From: Rhodomicrobium sp.
GTDB taxonomy: Bacteria; Pseudomonadota; Alphaproteobacteria; Rhizobiales; Rhodomicrobiaceae
Length of the DNA: 64,000 nucleotides
Reading direction: 5' to 3'
Assembly: GCA_031399085.1 (NCBI GenBank)
Contig: JANNOQ010000095.1
Coordinates: 13,247 to 77,246, forward strand
Below the pieces are notes generated by a model. That model saw only the letters and a program-made list of their open reading frames with translations, did not search any database and was not told where the DNA came from. The translations under genes and the position numbers were made by a program. This document shows, piece by piece, positions 46,127-55,582 of this stretch; the stretch's first letter is position 1, and each line of letters starts with the position of its first letter.

Positions 46127-48889
46127 TCATGCCGCCGAGGACAATCCGCGCAGCACATAGTGCAGAATGCCGCCATTACGGAAGTAGCTCAGCTCATCGA
46201 GCGTGTCGATTCGACAGAACAGCGGCACGTCGCGCATCGCGCCGTCCGCAAAAAGGATCTTCGCTGTCAGCCAAGCTTGCGGTTTTAAATCCGTCAGCCC
46301 GCTGATGGACACCCGTTCATTGCCTTTCATGCCAAGGCTCTGCCAGGACGTGCCCTCCTCGAACACCAGCGGCAGCACGCCCATGCCGACGAGGTTCGAG
46401 CGGTGAATGCGCTCGAAGCTCTGCGCGATCACGGCGCGCACGCCGAGCAGCCGCGTGCCCTTAGCCGCCCAGTCACGGCTGGAGCCGGTGCCATATTCCT
46501 TGCCGGCGAAGATGACGAGCGGCACGCCCTCGCCGCGATAGCGCATCGCCGCCTCGTAGATCGGCAATTCATCGCCGCTCGGATAATGAACCGTGACGCC
46601 GCCTTCGGTGCCCGGCACCATCTGGTTCTTAATGCGGATATTGGCGAAGGTACCGCGCATCATCACCTGGTGATTGCCGCGCCGCGCGCCATAAGAATTG
46701 AAGTCCGTGGCTGGTACGCCGTTTTCGATCAGATAGCGTCCGGCCGGGCCGCTGCGCGAGATTGAGCCGGCGGGACTGATATGATCGGTGGTGATCGAGT
46801 CGAGGAAGAGGCCGAGAACGCGCGCTCCCTCGATGTCGCCCACCGGTGCGGGGGCGCTTTTCAAATCCTCGAAATAGGGCGGGTTCTGCACATAGGTCGA
46901 GGCGGCGTTCCAATCGTATGTCAGGCCGAATTGCGACGCGCCCAAATGCTGCCAGCGCTCGTCGCCCTTGAATACGTCGCCATAGCGGGTGGTAAAGAGC
47001 TGCGGCGTGATCGTGTCGCGGATGATGTCGGCAATTTCCTGCGAGGACGGCCAGATGTCCTTCAGAAAAACCGGGTTGCCGTCCGAGCCCTTGCCGAGCG
47101 GCTCCTTCACCAGATTGACATGCATCGACCCGGCAATCGCATAAGCGACCACCAGCGGCGGAGAGGCCAGATAGTTCGCGCGCACATCCTGATTGACGCG
47201 GCCTTCGAAATTGCGGTTGCCGGAGAGCACCGCGGCGGCGACCAAATCATTTTCGTTGATCGCTTTCGAGATTGCGTCGGGCAGCGGGCCGGAATTGCCG
47301 ATGCAGGTCGTGCAGCCATAGCCGACAAGATCGAAGCCGAGCGCGTCGAGATCGGCCTGCAATCCGGATTTGGTGAGATAGTCGGTGACGACCTGGCTGC
47401 CCGGCGCCAGCGATGTCTTCACCCAGGGCTTGACGGTCAGGCCCTTGGCGCGGGCGTTGCGCGCGACCAGCCCCGCCGCGACCAGCACGCTCGGATTGGA
47501 GGTGTTGGTGCAGGACGTAATCGCCGCGATCACCACGTCGCCGTCATGGAGCCGGTAATCCGCGCCCTCGACCGCGCCGGATTTCTCGATCTTGAGAACC
47601 GCGCCGCCGCCTTCCGCCGCCATATTGGCTTCCTCGCTGCCCGGCTTGTAACCGCGAATCTCGGCGAGCGCCGCCGTGAAACCGTCGCCGGCATTGGCGA
47701 GCGAAACCCGGTCCTGTGGGCGGCGCGGCCCGGCAAGGCTCGGCTCGACCGTGTCGAGATCGAGTTCCAGCGTGTCGGTGAAATCGGGATCGGGCGTGGT
47801 GTCGTCGCGCCACATGGCTTGCGCCCTGGCGTAGGCATCGACCAGCGCGATGCGGTGCGCGTCGCGGCCGGTCGCGCGCAGATAGGCCAGCGTGTCCTTG
47901 TCGATGGGGAAGAAGCCACAGGTCGCGCCATATTCCGGCGCCATGTTGCTGATCGTCGCCTGATCCTCAAGCGTCAGACGCCCCAACCCCGCGCCGAAAA
48001 ACTCGACGAATTTGCCGACAACGCCCTTCTTGCGCAGCATCTGCGTCACGGTCAGCACTAGGTCCGTCGCCGTCACGCCTTCGCGCAGCCGCCCATTCAT
48101 GCGAAAGCCGATCACTTCCGGAATGACCATCGAAATCGGCTGGCCCAGCATCGCCGCTTCAGCTTCGATGCCGCCGACGCCCCAGCCTAGCACGGCAAGT
48201 CCGTTGATCATGGTCGTATGGCTGTCCGTGCCGACCAGCGTGTCGGGGAAGGCCTGCATGACTTCGCCGGCCGGCGTGATGAGCGTCCTCGTCCAAACCG
48301 TCTGGGCGAGATATTCCAGGTTCACCTGATGGCAAATGCCGGTGCCTGGCGGCACGACGCGGAAATTGTCGAACGCCCCCGCGCCCCAGCGCAGGAACTC
48401 GTAGCGCTCCTGGTTGCGCTCATACTCCATCTCGACATTGGTCTTGAACGCCATGCCGTTGCCGAAGGCGTCCACCATCACCGAATGGTCGATGACGAGA
48501 TCGACCGGCACCAGCGGATTGATCTTGGCCGGATCGCCGCCCATCGCCTTCATCGCGTCGCGCATCGCGGCCAGATCGACGACGGCGGGCACGCCGGTGA
48601 AATCCTGCATCAGCACGCGCGCCGGGCGGAAGGCGATCTCGCGCTCCGATTTGCGCTCGGCGAGCCATGAAGCCATCGCCCGGATGTCATCGGCCCTGAC
48701 CGTCCGGCCGTCCTCGAAGCGCAGGAGATTTTCCAAAAGCACCTTCAGCGAGAAAGGCAGCCGCGAAATGCCTGTCAGACCATTCTTTTCCGCTTCCGGC
48801 AGGCTGAAATATTCGTATTGTCGGCCCTCCACCTCCAGGGTGCGGCGGCAATTGAAGCTGTCGAGCGAAATGATGGGTTGAGCGGTCAT
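46127..48889 (-). CDS. acnA: aconitate hydratase A
   Basis: 920 aa, beginning [20 protein letters not shown]...YFSL, with [12 protein letters not shown] and cluster Cys motifs ([18 protein letters not shown]). Confidence 0.96.
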   Translation of the reverse strand: MTAQPIISLDSFNCRRTLEVEGRQYEYFSLPEAEKNGLTGISRLPFSLKVLLENLLRFEDGRTVRADDIRAMASWLAERKSEREIAFRPARVLMQDFTGVPAVVDLAAMRDAMKAMGGDPAKINPLVPVDLVIDHSVMVDAFGNGMAFKTNVEMEYERNQERYEFLRWGAGAFDNFRVVPPGTGICHQVNLEYLAQTVWTRTLITPAGEVMQAFPDTLVGTDSHTTMINGLAVLGWGVGGIEAEAAMLGQPISMVIPEVIGFRMNGRLREGVTATDLVLTVTQMLRKKGVVGKFVEFFGAGLGRLTLEDQATISNMAPEYGATCGFFPIDKDTLAYLRATGRDAHRIALVDAYARAQAMWRDDTTPDPDFTDTLELDLDTVEPSLAGPRRPQDRVSLANAGDGFTAALAEIRGYKPGSEEANMAAEGGGAVLKIEKSGAVEGADYRLHDGDVVIAAITSCTNTSNPSVLVAAGLVARNARAKGLTVKPWVKTSLAPGSQVVTDYLTKSGLQADLDALGFDLVGYGCTTCIGNSGPLPDAISKAINENDLVAAAVLSGNRNFEGRVNQDVRANYLASPPLVVAYAIAGSMHVNLVKEPLGKGSDGNPVFLKDIWPSSQEIADIIRDTITPQLFTTRYGDVFKGDERWQHLGASQFGLTYDWNAASTYVQNPPYFEDLKSAPAPVGDIEGARVLGLFLDSITTDHISPAGSISRSGPAGRYLIENGVPATDFNSYGARRGNHQVMMRGTFANIRIKNQMVPGTEGGVTVHYPSGDELPIYEAAMRYRGEGVPLVIFAGKEYGTGSSRDWAAKGTRLLGVRAVIAQSFERIHRSNLVGMGVLPLVFEEGTSWQSLGMKGNERVSISGLTDLKPQAWLTAKILFADGAMRDVPLFCRIDTLDELSYFRNGGILHYVLRGLSSAA

Positions 48890-49006
48890 GGCAGGGCCTT
48901 TACGTCAGTGCGCGGACAACCGGGGAGCGCCCCGCTGGCCTCGAAAGTCTCCATGTCCTATAGAGCCGGCCGCGCGATTGAGATATATGCATGAACGTTT
49001 TCTCAC

Positions 49007-49645
49007 ATGATAACCGATCCCGCCATACGACTCATCGTCAATGATCTCGCGGTCGCGCGCGGGACGCGGATCGTGTTTGCGGGGCTTGGCTTTGAGGTTG
49101 CGTCCGGTGAGGCGCTGACGCTGGTTGGCCCAAACGGGGTGGGCAAGACGACATTGCTGCGCGCAATCGCGGGATTTTTGCCCGCCGCTCACGGCACGGT
49201 GGCTTTGGCGGGCGGCGATACCGAACGCAGCGTCGGCGAGCAGAGCCATTATGTGGGACATCTCAACGGCATCAAACCGTCGCTCACGGTTTCAGAGAAT
49301 CTCACCTTCTTTGCGGATTTTCTCGGCGGGGATCGCGCGATGACCGCGTCCGCCGCATCGCAACTTGCTCTGGCCGATTTAGAGGACGTGCCCGCCGCCT
49401 ATCTCTCAGCCGGGCAGAAGCGGCGGCTCGGGCTTGCCCGGCTGATTTGCGCCAAGCGCCCGCTGTGGCTGCTCGACGAGCCCGCCGTGTCGCTGGACGC
49501 GGCGTCGCAGAAAATCCTGGGAGGGATGGTTGCCGCGCATCTGGCCGAGGGCGGCATGGCGATTGCCGCGACGCATACGCTGCTTGGCTGGGGAGAGGGC
49601 AAGACCCTCGACCTCGGGCGTATGGCCGCCGCGGACGCGTTATGA
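49007..49645 (+). CDS. ccmA: heme ABC exporter ATP-binding protein CcmA
   Basis: 212 aa with Walker A (GPNGVGKTTLLR), the signature LSAGQKRRL, and Walker B (LWLLDEP). Confidence 0.92.
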   Translation: MITDPAIRLIVNDLAVARGTRIVFAGLGFEVASGEALTLVGPNGVGKTTLLRAIAGFLPAAHGTVALAGGDTERSVGEQSHYVGHLNGIKPSLTVSENLTFFADFLGGDRAMTASAASQLALADLEDVPAAYLSAGQKRRLGLARLICAKRPLWLLDEPAVSLDAASQKILGGMVAAHLAEGGMAIAATHTLLGWGEGKTLDLGRMAAADAL

Positions 49646-50310
49646 AGGCGTTCCTCTCGCTCATCCGGCGCGATTTACGTCTGGCTCAGCGGCAAGGCGG
49701 CGCGCTCGCGACCGCGCTCGGCTTCTACCTCGTGATCGTCGCCACGCTCCCGCTCGGCCTCGGACCAGACCTCAATCTCCTCAGCCGGATCGCGCCGGGC
49801 GTGCTCTGGGTGGCGCTCCTGCTCTCCTCGCTGCTCTCCGCCGACCGCATGTTCAACGAGGATTACGAGGACGGCGCGCTGGAGGCGATCGCGCTCGGCC
49901 CCTTGCCGCTCGAACTCGTCGCCTTCGCCAAGGCCATCGCGCATTGGCTGAGCGTCGGCGTGCCGCTCGTGCTGCTGGCCCCGCTGCTCGCGCTGCTGCT
50001 CAATATGGACGGCCGCGCTTACGGCCCGCTGGTGCTGACGCTGGCGGCGGGGACGCCTGCGGTGAGCTTTCTCGCCGGCATCGGCGCGGCGCTGACGCTC
50101 GGGATGCGTAAGGGCGGGCTGCTGCTGCCGCTGCTGATCCTGCCGCTTTATGTGCCGATTTTGATTTTCGGGGTGTCGGCGATTGACGCGGTAGTGACGG
50201 GACCGGGCGGTTTCGCTACGCCGTTCTCGATCCTATGCGCGCTGACGCTGGCCTCGGCGGTGCTGGCGCCATTGGCGACGGCGGCGGCGCTGAGGCTGAA
50301 TTTGTCTTAG
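49642..50310 (+). CDS. ccmB: heme exporter protein CcmB
   Basis: In-frame part of ORF 49447..50310. ATG 49642 overlaps the ccmA stop (ATGA). The sequence begins MKAFLSLIRRDLRLAQRQGG and has 6 TM segments. Confidence 0.9.
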   Translation: MKAFLSLIRRDLRLAQRQGGALATALGFYLVIVATLPLGLGPDLNLLSRIAPGVLWVALLLSSLLSADRMFNEDYEDGALEAIALGPLPLELVAFAKAIAHWLSVGVPLVLLAPLLALLLNMDGRAYGPLVLTLAAGTPAVSFLAGIGAALTLGMRKGGLLLPLLILPLYVPILIFGVSAIDAVVTGPGGFATPFSILCALTLASAVLAPLATAAALRLNLS

Positions 50311-50359
50311 ATATGAGTTAAATTTAAACTCGACTGGCGACTCGAATGATTAAGGTTTA

Positions 50360-51211
50360 TTAAATGCTTTGGAAGTGTTCGGCGTGAATTTCGATTTCTT
50401 CAACAAGGCGAATGCTAAGACCAATCTTAAGTTGCTTAAGAAGGTCACATAATGCATCGCCGTCCACGAGATCAATTGCTGGCGCTCCATCGCGCGTTGC
50501 CTCACGTTTAGCCTCGGGAGTAAATGTACCGGTTGTTATAATGAGCCCCTTGTCCGCACGTCCTACCATAGCGCCTCGAAAGTCACGCACTATTGGAGCT
50601 CCGAGAGAACCTTTGAAGCGCTTGCTCTGGAACAAGACGTGAAACGACAGAAGGTTGAGGCGCAGAACACCGGTTCCATCGATTCCACCGTCACCGGATC
50701 GACCAGTGACCTCTACTTTCGTGAAACCTGACTCGCGCAAGATTCGTTGGCATAAACGCTCGAATGCATCCGGCGGCATCATTAAGAGCGCTGCCAGAAG
50801 CTTGTCCTTCCACGAAACATCGGTGACTTCATCATTATCGGGAATAACTTCCTCTGAGCCTCGCTGAGCTAGGCGTAGTCGATCCTGTTCGCGCACACGT
50901 CTTGGGATAGCGCCGATCTCAGCGTCCGGCATTTCCGCCCCAATTGATGTCAAGCGCCACACACCACGCTCGCTATTTTCGAGAGCGCCCACCTTCTTCA
51001 GGTAGGTTCGGACCCACGCAAGCCTGTACTCAATTTCGGATCGTGGTCCCTCGCCATGCGGAAGGGCCCGCAGTTCATCAGATAGCCCAATCGCGCCCGA
51101 AACGGCCTCTTCCATTTCCTCGATGGTCATTGAGCCACCGCGCGCCTTGAAGGACTCGATAGATGGCTTGAATAAACTGTCGAATGGAGGGAGGTCAGCT
51201 TTAGTTGGCAC
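50360..51211 (-). CDS. Mrr-family restriction endonuclease (type IV, Mrr_N + Mrr_cat)
   Basis: 283 aa with a GTG start. The N-terminal winged-helix-like part is IEYRLAWVRTYLKKVGALENSERGVWRLT. The C-terminal PD-(D/E)xK core is GRSGDGGIDGTGVL...HVLFQSKRFKGSLGAPIVRDF...GLIITTGTFT. Hand-counted lines 50401-50640 are 42-62% GC, versus 70% for a ccmB line. Confidence 0.85.
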   Translation of the reverse strand: MPTKADLPPFDSLFKPSIESFKARGGSMTIEEMEEAVSGAIGLSDELRALPHGEGPRSEIEYRLAWVRTYLKKVGALENSERGVWRLTSIGAEMPDAEIGAIPRRVREQDRLRLAQRGSEEVIPDNDEVTDVSWKDKLLAALLMMPPDAFERLCQRILRESGFTKVEVTGRSGDGGIDGTGVLRLNLLSFHVLFQSKRFKGSLGAPIVRDFRGAMVGRADKGLIITTGTFTPEAKREATRDGAPAIDLVDGDALCDLLKQLKIGLSIRLVEEIEIHAEHFQSI

Positions 51212-51421
51212 TGTCGATCACCGTGACGGCTTGCGGTAACGATTATTCCTATAGCAATCTCATTTGCTCCGTTGGCGCGGCCGAGGGTTATCAACAGACC
51301 CGACACAGATTCTATTGCTCGGTGATATTCTGCAAATTACCGCCAATCAGAATGCGCCCCAAAACATCCCGCACTCGCCGTCCGGCTTGCAAACCGCCCC
51401 GGCACGCGCAAATATGCACAA

Positions 51422-52174
51422 ATGCTCAGCTTCGCGACCCTCGCCAATCCCAGCTTCTTCATGCGCCTCACCGACCGCGTGCTGCCCTGGCTCGCCGCCG
51501 TGTGGATCGCGCTGCTCGCCGTCGGCCTCTATCTCTCCTTCTTCGTCGCGCCCGCCGACTATCAGCAGGGCGAAACCGTCCGCATCATGTTCATCCATGT
51601 CCCGTCTGCCTGGCTTGCGATGTTCTGCTACATGATCATCGCGCTTTCCTCGATCGGCTCGCTGATCTGGCGGCATCCGCTGGCGGATGTTTCGGCGAAG
51701 GCCGCCGCCCCCATCGGCGCGGCGTTCACGCTGCTCGCGCTCGTCACCGGCAGTCTCTGGGGCAAGCCGATGTGGGGCGCTTATTGGGTGTGGGATGCGC
51801 GGCTGACATCCGTGCTCGTGCTCTTCTTCCTCTATCTCGGCCTGATCGCGCTGTGGCAGTCCATCGAGGACCCGTCGCGCGCCGGACGGGCTGCGGCGAT
51901 CCTTGCCATTGTCGGCGTCGTCAACATCCCGATCATCAAATTTTCCGTGGATTGGTGGAACACGCTGCATCAGCCGGCCAGCGTCATGCGCTTGGACGGA
52001 CCGACCATTCACCCGACGATCCTTGCGCCGCTGATCGTCATGGCGCTCGCTTTCAGCCTGATGTTTTTGTGGCTGCACATCAAGGCGATGCGCGCCGAAA
52101 TTCTGAAACGGCGCGTTGAAACGATGATGATGACCCGTGTTAGCACCGCAGCCGTTCTAAAGGCCGCCGAATAG
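51422..52174 (+). CDS. ccmC: heme lyase/exporter protein CcmC
   Basis: 250 aa with ADYQQGETVRIMFIHVPSAW and the WWD motif (MWGAYWVWDARLTS). Confidence 0.93.
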   Translation: MLSFATLANPSFFMRLTDRVLPWLAAVWIALLAVGLYLSFFVAPADYQQGETVRIMFIHVPSAWLAMFCYMIIALSSIGSLIWRHPLADVSAKAAAPIGAAFTLLALVTGSLWGKPMWGAYWVWDARLTSVLVLFFLYLGLIALWQSIEDPSRAGRAAAILAIVGVVNIPIIKFSVDWWNTLHQPASVMRLDGPTIHPTILAPLIVMALAFSLMFLWLHIKAMRAEILKRRVETMMMTRVSTAAVLKAAE

Positions 52175-52182
52175 GAGTAGTC

Positions 52183-52368
52183 ATGGATCTGGGACCGCAC
52201 GCCGTTTTCATTTGGGCCGCTTATGGGTTGACCGCTGCTGTGGTCAGCGCGCTGGTGCTGCGCGCCATTCTCGACGAGCGGCGGCAGCGTCTCGCGCTCG
52301 CACGGTTAGAGGCGCAAGGCATCCGGCGGCGCTCCGAGGCCGGTTCGGCGGGAAATCGGCGCGGATGA
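52183..52368 (+). CDS. ccmD: heme exporter protein CcmD
   Basis: 61 aa with a single TM helix (FIWAAYGLTAAVVSALVL). It lies in the conserved position between ccmC and ccmG. Confidence 0.8.
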   Translation: MDLGPHAVFIWAAYGLTAAVVSALVLRAILDERRQRLALARLEAQGIRRRSEAGSAGNRRG

Positions 52369-52958
52369 GCGTCGAAGCGCCAGGGGGACGCGGCTTCCGC
52401 AGCGGGTATATCCTGCCGCTTGCGGTTTTCGGGATCATGGCCGCATTCTTCATCGTCGCCTTGCAATCCGGCGACCCGTCGCGCTTGCCCTCGGCGCTGA
52501 TCGGCAAGCCGGTGCCGGAATTCACGCTCGGGCCTGTCGAAGGGCTGGGCGAGATCGGCGCGACGACGCCGGGTTTCCGCAGCGCCGATCTTGCGAATGG
52601 CGAGGTTAGCGTCGTGAATGTCTGGGCGTCCTGGTGCGCGCCGTGCATTCAGGAGCATCCCAATCTGATTGCGCTCAAGCAGCAGCAAAATCTAAGGCTG
52701 ATCGGCATCAACTATAAGGATGAACCGGTCGCGGCCCGCCGCTTCCTGCAACGGCTCGGCAATCCGTTCGACGCCATCGGGGCGGATCGGAGCGGGCGCG
52801 TCTCCATCGACTGGGGCGTTTACGGCGTCCCTGAAACCTATGTCGTCGATGGCAAGGGACAGATCGTGCTCAAGCTGGTCGGGCCGCTGACGCAAGACGT
52901 CATCAAGGCGAAATTATTGCCAGCCGTCGATAAAGCGCGGACCGCGGCGCGCGGCTAG
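52365..52958 (+). CDS. ccmG: DsbE/CcmG thiol:disulfide oxidoreductase (cytochrome c biogenesis)
   Basis: In-frame part of ORF 52212..52958. ATG 52365 overlaps the ccmD stop (ATGA). It has a TM anchor, then VNVWASWCAPCIQEHP. Confidence 0.9.
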   Translation: MSVEAPGGRGFRSGYILPLAVFGIMAAFFIVALQSGDPSRLPSALIGKPVPEFTLGPVEGLGEIGATTPGFRSADLANGEVSVVNVWASWCAPCIQEHPNLIALKQQQNLRLIGINYKDEPVAARRFLQRLGNPFDAIGADRSGRVSIDWGVYGVPETYVVDGKGQIVLKLVGPLTQDVIKAKLLPAVDKARTAARG

Positions 52959-52960
52959 CG

Positions 52961-53185
52961 TTACATCGCGTCTTGGTCGTCCCGGTCGAGATAAGGATCG
53001 GCCGGGTGATGTGCGCCGCGCCCTTTTGGCAAAATCAACAGCAAAAGCACGATCGGCGGAAACAGGAAGGCCGCAATCGTCCAATAGCCTGGATGGCGGC
53101 GACGGTTTGGCGCGGCCACGCCGGCGATAACTCCGGCCGTCAAAGCGCACGCAAGGTACAAGGTAATTCCGAGCCCGGTATTCAT
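52961..53185 (-). CDS. small two-TM membrane protein (hypothetical)
   Basis: 74 aa with hydrophobic helices GITLYLACALTAGVIAGVAA and WTIAAFLFPPIVLLLLIL. AGGAAG lies upstream. I recognise no family. Confidence 0.4.
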   Translation of the reverse strand: MNTGLGITLYLACALTAGVIAGVAAPNRRRHPGYWTIAAFLFPPIVLLLLILPKGRGAHHPADPYLDRDDQDAM

Positions 53186-53444
53186 GGAATTTTTCTTCCT
53201 GCCCTTTCCTCAACCTATGATTTAAGCGTGGTTAGGCTCCAGGAGAATACCCCTTCTGTCTTTCTTTCAATTAACTTTCAACATGATCTTCAAATCCCAG
53301 GACTTAACGATTTCGGAGATGAGAACCGGTTTTGCGTAAAGATGATGCGCAACAATCGGATAGAGCCGCCTTCCGATGGTATCGAAGCCAAAAATCTCCA
53401 GAAATTCATTTGTCTGCATCACTGACATCGCCATATAAATTGGC

Positions 53445-54308
53445 ATGGAAAAAACCGCGCACGCCTTCCGCAAGATGAACGGTCTTGGCAATGATTTCGC
53501 CGTGCTTGATGCGCGCGTCTCCGGCCTCCGCCTCGATGCGGGCGCGGCGCGGCGGCTGGCGAACCGTGAGCATGGCGTCGGATGCGACCAGGTGATCGTG
53601 ATCGAGCGGTCGGACGGCGCCGACGCATTCATGCGGATTTTGAATGCGGATGGTTCGGAAGTAGACGCCTGCGGCAATGCAACCCGCTGTGTCGCCGCGC
53701 TGTTGGCTCAGGAAGCCGGACGCCCCGAGGTGACGATCCTGACCGGCGCGGGTTTGCTGCGCGCCACGATCGGCGAAAACGGCATGGTCACGGTCGACAT
53801 GGGATCGCCACGCTTGCGCTGGGATGAAATCCCCATGGCCCGGCCTTTCGACGATACAGCTAGCCTCGATGTGAGCTTCGATGCCAGTCAGTCTGGTCTG
53901 TTAGTCGCTCCCGGCGTTGTGAATGTCGGCAATCCGCACTGCATTTTCGTCGTCGATGACGCCGATGCCTACGATCTGGCTGAAATTGGACCGCGCATCG
54001 AACACGACCAGCTCTTTCCGGAGCGCGTCAACGTCTCGCTTGCCGAAATTTTATCGCCGGAAATGCTCCGCCTCAGGGTATGGGAGCGTGGCGCGGGGCT
54101 GACTAAGGCCTGCGGAACCGCGGCCTGCGCCGCCGCCGTCGCCGCCGCGCGCAAGGGCCTAACGGGACGCCGCGTCACGGTGGAATTGCCCGGCGGTAAC
54201 CTTTTGATCGAATGGCGCGAGACGGACGGCCACATTTTGATGACCGGGCCGTGGTCACTGGACTATGAAGGTATTTTTGATTTCGGCGAGCCGGCGCTGG
54301 CGAGCTGA
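53445..54308 (+). CDS. dapF: diaminopimelate epimerase
   Basis: 287 aa with KMNGLGNDFAVLD and VNVGNPHCIF, and a second catalytic Cys (TKACGTAACA). Confidence 0.93.
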   Translation: MEKTAHAFRKMNGLGNDFAVLDARVSGLRLDAGAARRLANREHGVGCDQVIVIERSDGADAFMRILNADGSEVDACGNATRCVAALLAQEAGRPEVTILTGAGLLRATIGENGMVTVDMGSPRLRWDEIPMARPFDDTASLDVSFDASQSGLLVAPGVVNVGNPHCIFVVDDADAYDLAEIGPRIEHDQLFPERVNVSLAEILSPEMLRLRVWERGAGLTKACGTAACAAAVAAARKGLTGRRVTVELPGGNLLIEWRETDGHILMTGPWSLDYEGIFDFGEPALAS

Positions 54309-54325
54309 AACGGTCAATCGAAACC

Positions 54326-55582
54326 ATGAACGAGCCTCGGATCATCAATTTCGGCTGTCGTCTCAACGCCTATGAAAGCGAGGCGATGGCGGAGCACGCG
54401 CGCAACGCAGAGCTCGCGGACGCGATCATTATCAATAGCTGCGCCGTCACCGCCGAGGCTGTGCGCCAGGCGCGGCAGGCCGTCCGCAGGGCTCGGCGCG
54501 AAAATCCCGATGCGCGCATCATCGTGACAGGCTGCGCCGCCCAAACCGACCCGCAAGGGTTCGCCGCGATGAGCGAGGTCGATCACGTGATCGGCAATCA
54601 CGAAAAGATGCAGCCCGCAACCTTCGCGGCCCTCGCCAGCGGTCCAAGCGAACGCGTCATCGTCAACGACATCATGTCGGTGCGCGAAACCGCCCATCAT
54701 CTGGTCACCGGATTCGGCAACCGCGCCCGCGCCTATGTGCAAATTCAGAACGGCTGCGATCATCGCTGCACCTTCTGCATCATCCCCTTTGGACGCGGCA
54801 ATTCGCGATCCGTGCCCGCAGGAATCGTGGTCGATCAGGTTCGGGCGCTCGTGGAGCACGGTTATCGCGAGGTGGTGCTCACCGGCGTCGATATCACCGC
54901 TTACGGCTCCGACCTGCCCGGCGAGATGACTCTCGGCCTGCTTGCCGGCAAGATTTTAAAGCTTGTGCCTGAGCTGCCGCGCCTGCGTTTATCCTCCATC
55001 GACACCATCGAGGCCGACCAGCCGCTGATGCGGGCAATCGCCGAGGAAGAACGGCTGATGCCGCATCTGCATCTGTCGTTGCAGGCGGGCGACGACATGA
55101 TCCTGAAGCGGATGAAGCGCCGCCACTCGCGCGCCCACGCGGTCAGCTTTTGCGACGAAGCGCGCCGATTGCGGCCGGACATCGTCTTCGGGGCGGATAT
55201 CATCGCGGGCTTTCCCACGGAAAGCGAAGCGATGTTCGCCAACTCCCTGCAAATGGTCGGCGATTGCGGCCTGACCTTTCTGCATGTCTTCCCCTTCTCG
55301 CCGCGCCCCGGCACCCCCGCCGCGCGGATGCCGCAACTCGACCGCCGCGAGGTAAAAGCGCGGGCGGAGCGGCTGCGGCATATTGGGAAGGGCGCTCTCG
55401 ATGCCTATCTACAGTCCTGTCATGGACGCCGCATCGAGGTGCTGATGGAAAAGGGCAATATCGGCCGAACGCCGCATTTCGCGGAAATCGCGCTGAATGA
55501 ACCGGCCGCCTCCGGGCGCCTGATCACGGCTTCGGTGACGGGTCATGAAGCGGGGCGTCTGATCGGGACGATGGCGCCGTGA
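54326..55582 (+). CDS. mtaB: tRNA (N6-threonylcarbamoyladenosine37-C2)-methylthiotransferase MtaB
   Basis: 418 aa with an N-terminal UPF0004 domain (FGCRLNAYESE), the radical-SAM motif CDHRCTFCIIP, and a C-terminal TRAM-like end. Confidence 0.88.
   Translation: MNEPRIINFGCRLNAYESEAMAEHARNAELADAIIINSCAVTAEAVRQARQAVRRARRENPDARIIVTGCAAQTDPQGFAAMSEVDHVIGNHEKMQPATFAALASGPSERVIVNDIMSVRETAHHLVTGFGNRARAYVQIQNGCDHRCTFCIIPFGRGNSRSVPAGIVVDQVRALVEHGYREVVLTGVDITAYGSDLPGEMTLGLLAGKILKLVPELPRLRLSSIDTIEADQPLMRAIAEEERLMPHLHLSLQAGDDMILKRMKRRHSRAHAVSFCDEARRLRPDIVFGADIIAGFPTESEAMFANSLQMVGDCGLTFLHVFPFSPRPGTPAARMPQLDRREVKARAERLRHIGKGALDAYLQSCHGRRIEVLMEKGNIGRTPHFAEIALNEPAASGRLITASVTGHEAGRLIGTMAP

Noticed and set aside
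46781-48061. 426-aa + strand ORF inside acnA. Similar long shadow ORFs are 3268..4608 (inside the oxidase gene), 60881..61852, 62437..63384 and 61372..61953 (inside the crotonase and pbpC genes), 7427..8155, 10946..11641, 19178..20212, 35469..36155 and 54314..54859.
   Set aside because: All are antisense or out of frame to genes with strong family motifs. Their composition is biased (R/A/G/P-rich). They are artefacts of GC-rich codon usage, not overlapping genes.
48890-49006. Possible iron-responsive operator between acnA and ccmA (TGAGA-N17-TCTCA; TGA-N8-TCA).
   Set aside because: The spacing does not match the RirA IRO box (TGA-N9-TCA) or the Irr ICE box. The arms are only 5 bp, which is compatible with chance.
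51205-52119. 304-aa + ORF and 243-aa minus ORF (51347..52078) overlapping ccmC, considered as possible cargo of the Mrr insertion.
   Set aside because: Both are alternative frames of the well-supported ccmC gene (WWD motif present in frame 51422..52174). Their translations are Arg/Pro-rich nonsense.
53321-53368. Motif GAGAACCGGTTTTGCG...ATGATGCGCAAC, compared with GGAAACTGGTTTTCCG at 59841-59856 downstream of nadA. This resembles a dispersed Rhizobiales intergenic motif.
   Set aside because: The two copies share only 12 of 16 positions in the core and diverge afterwards. That is too weak to call a repeat family from this window alone, and a genome-wide search would be needed.
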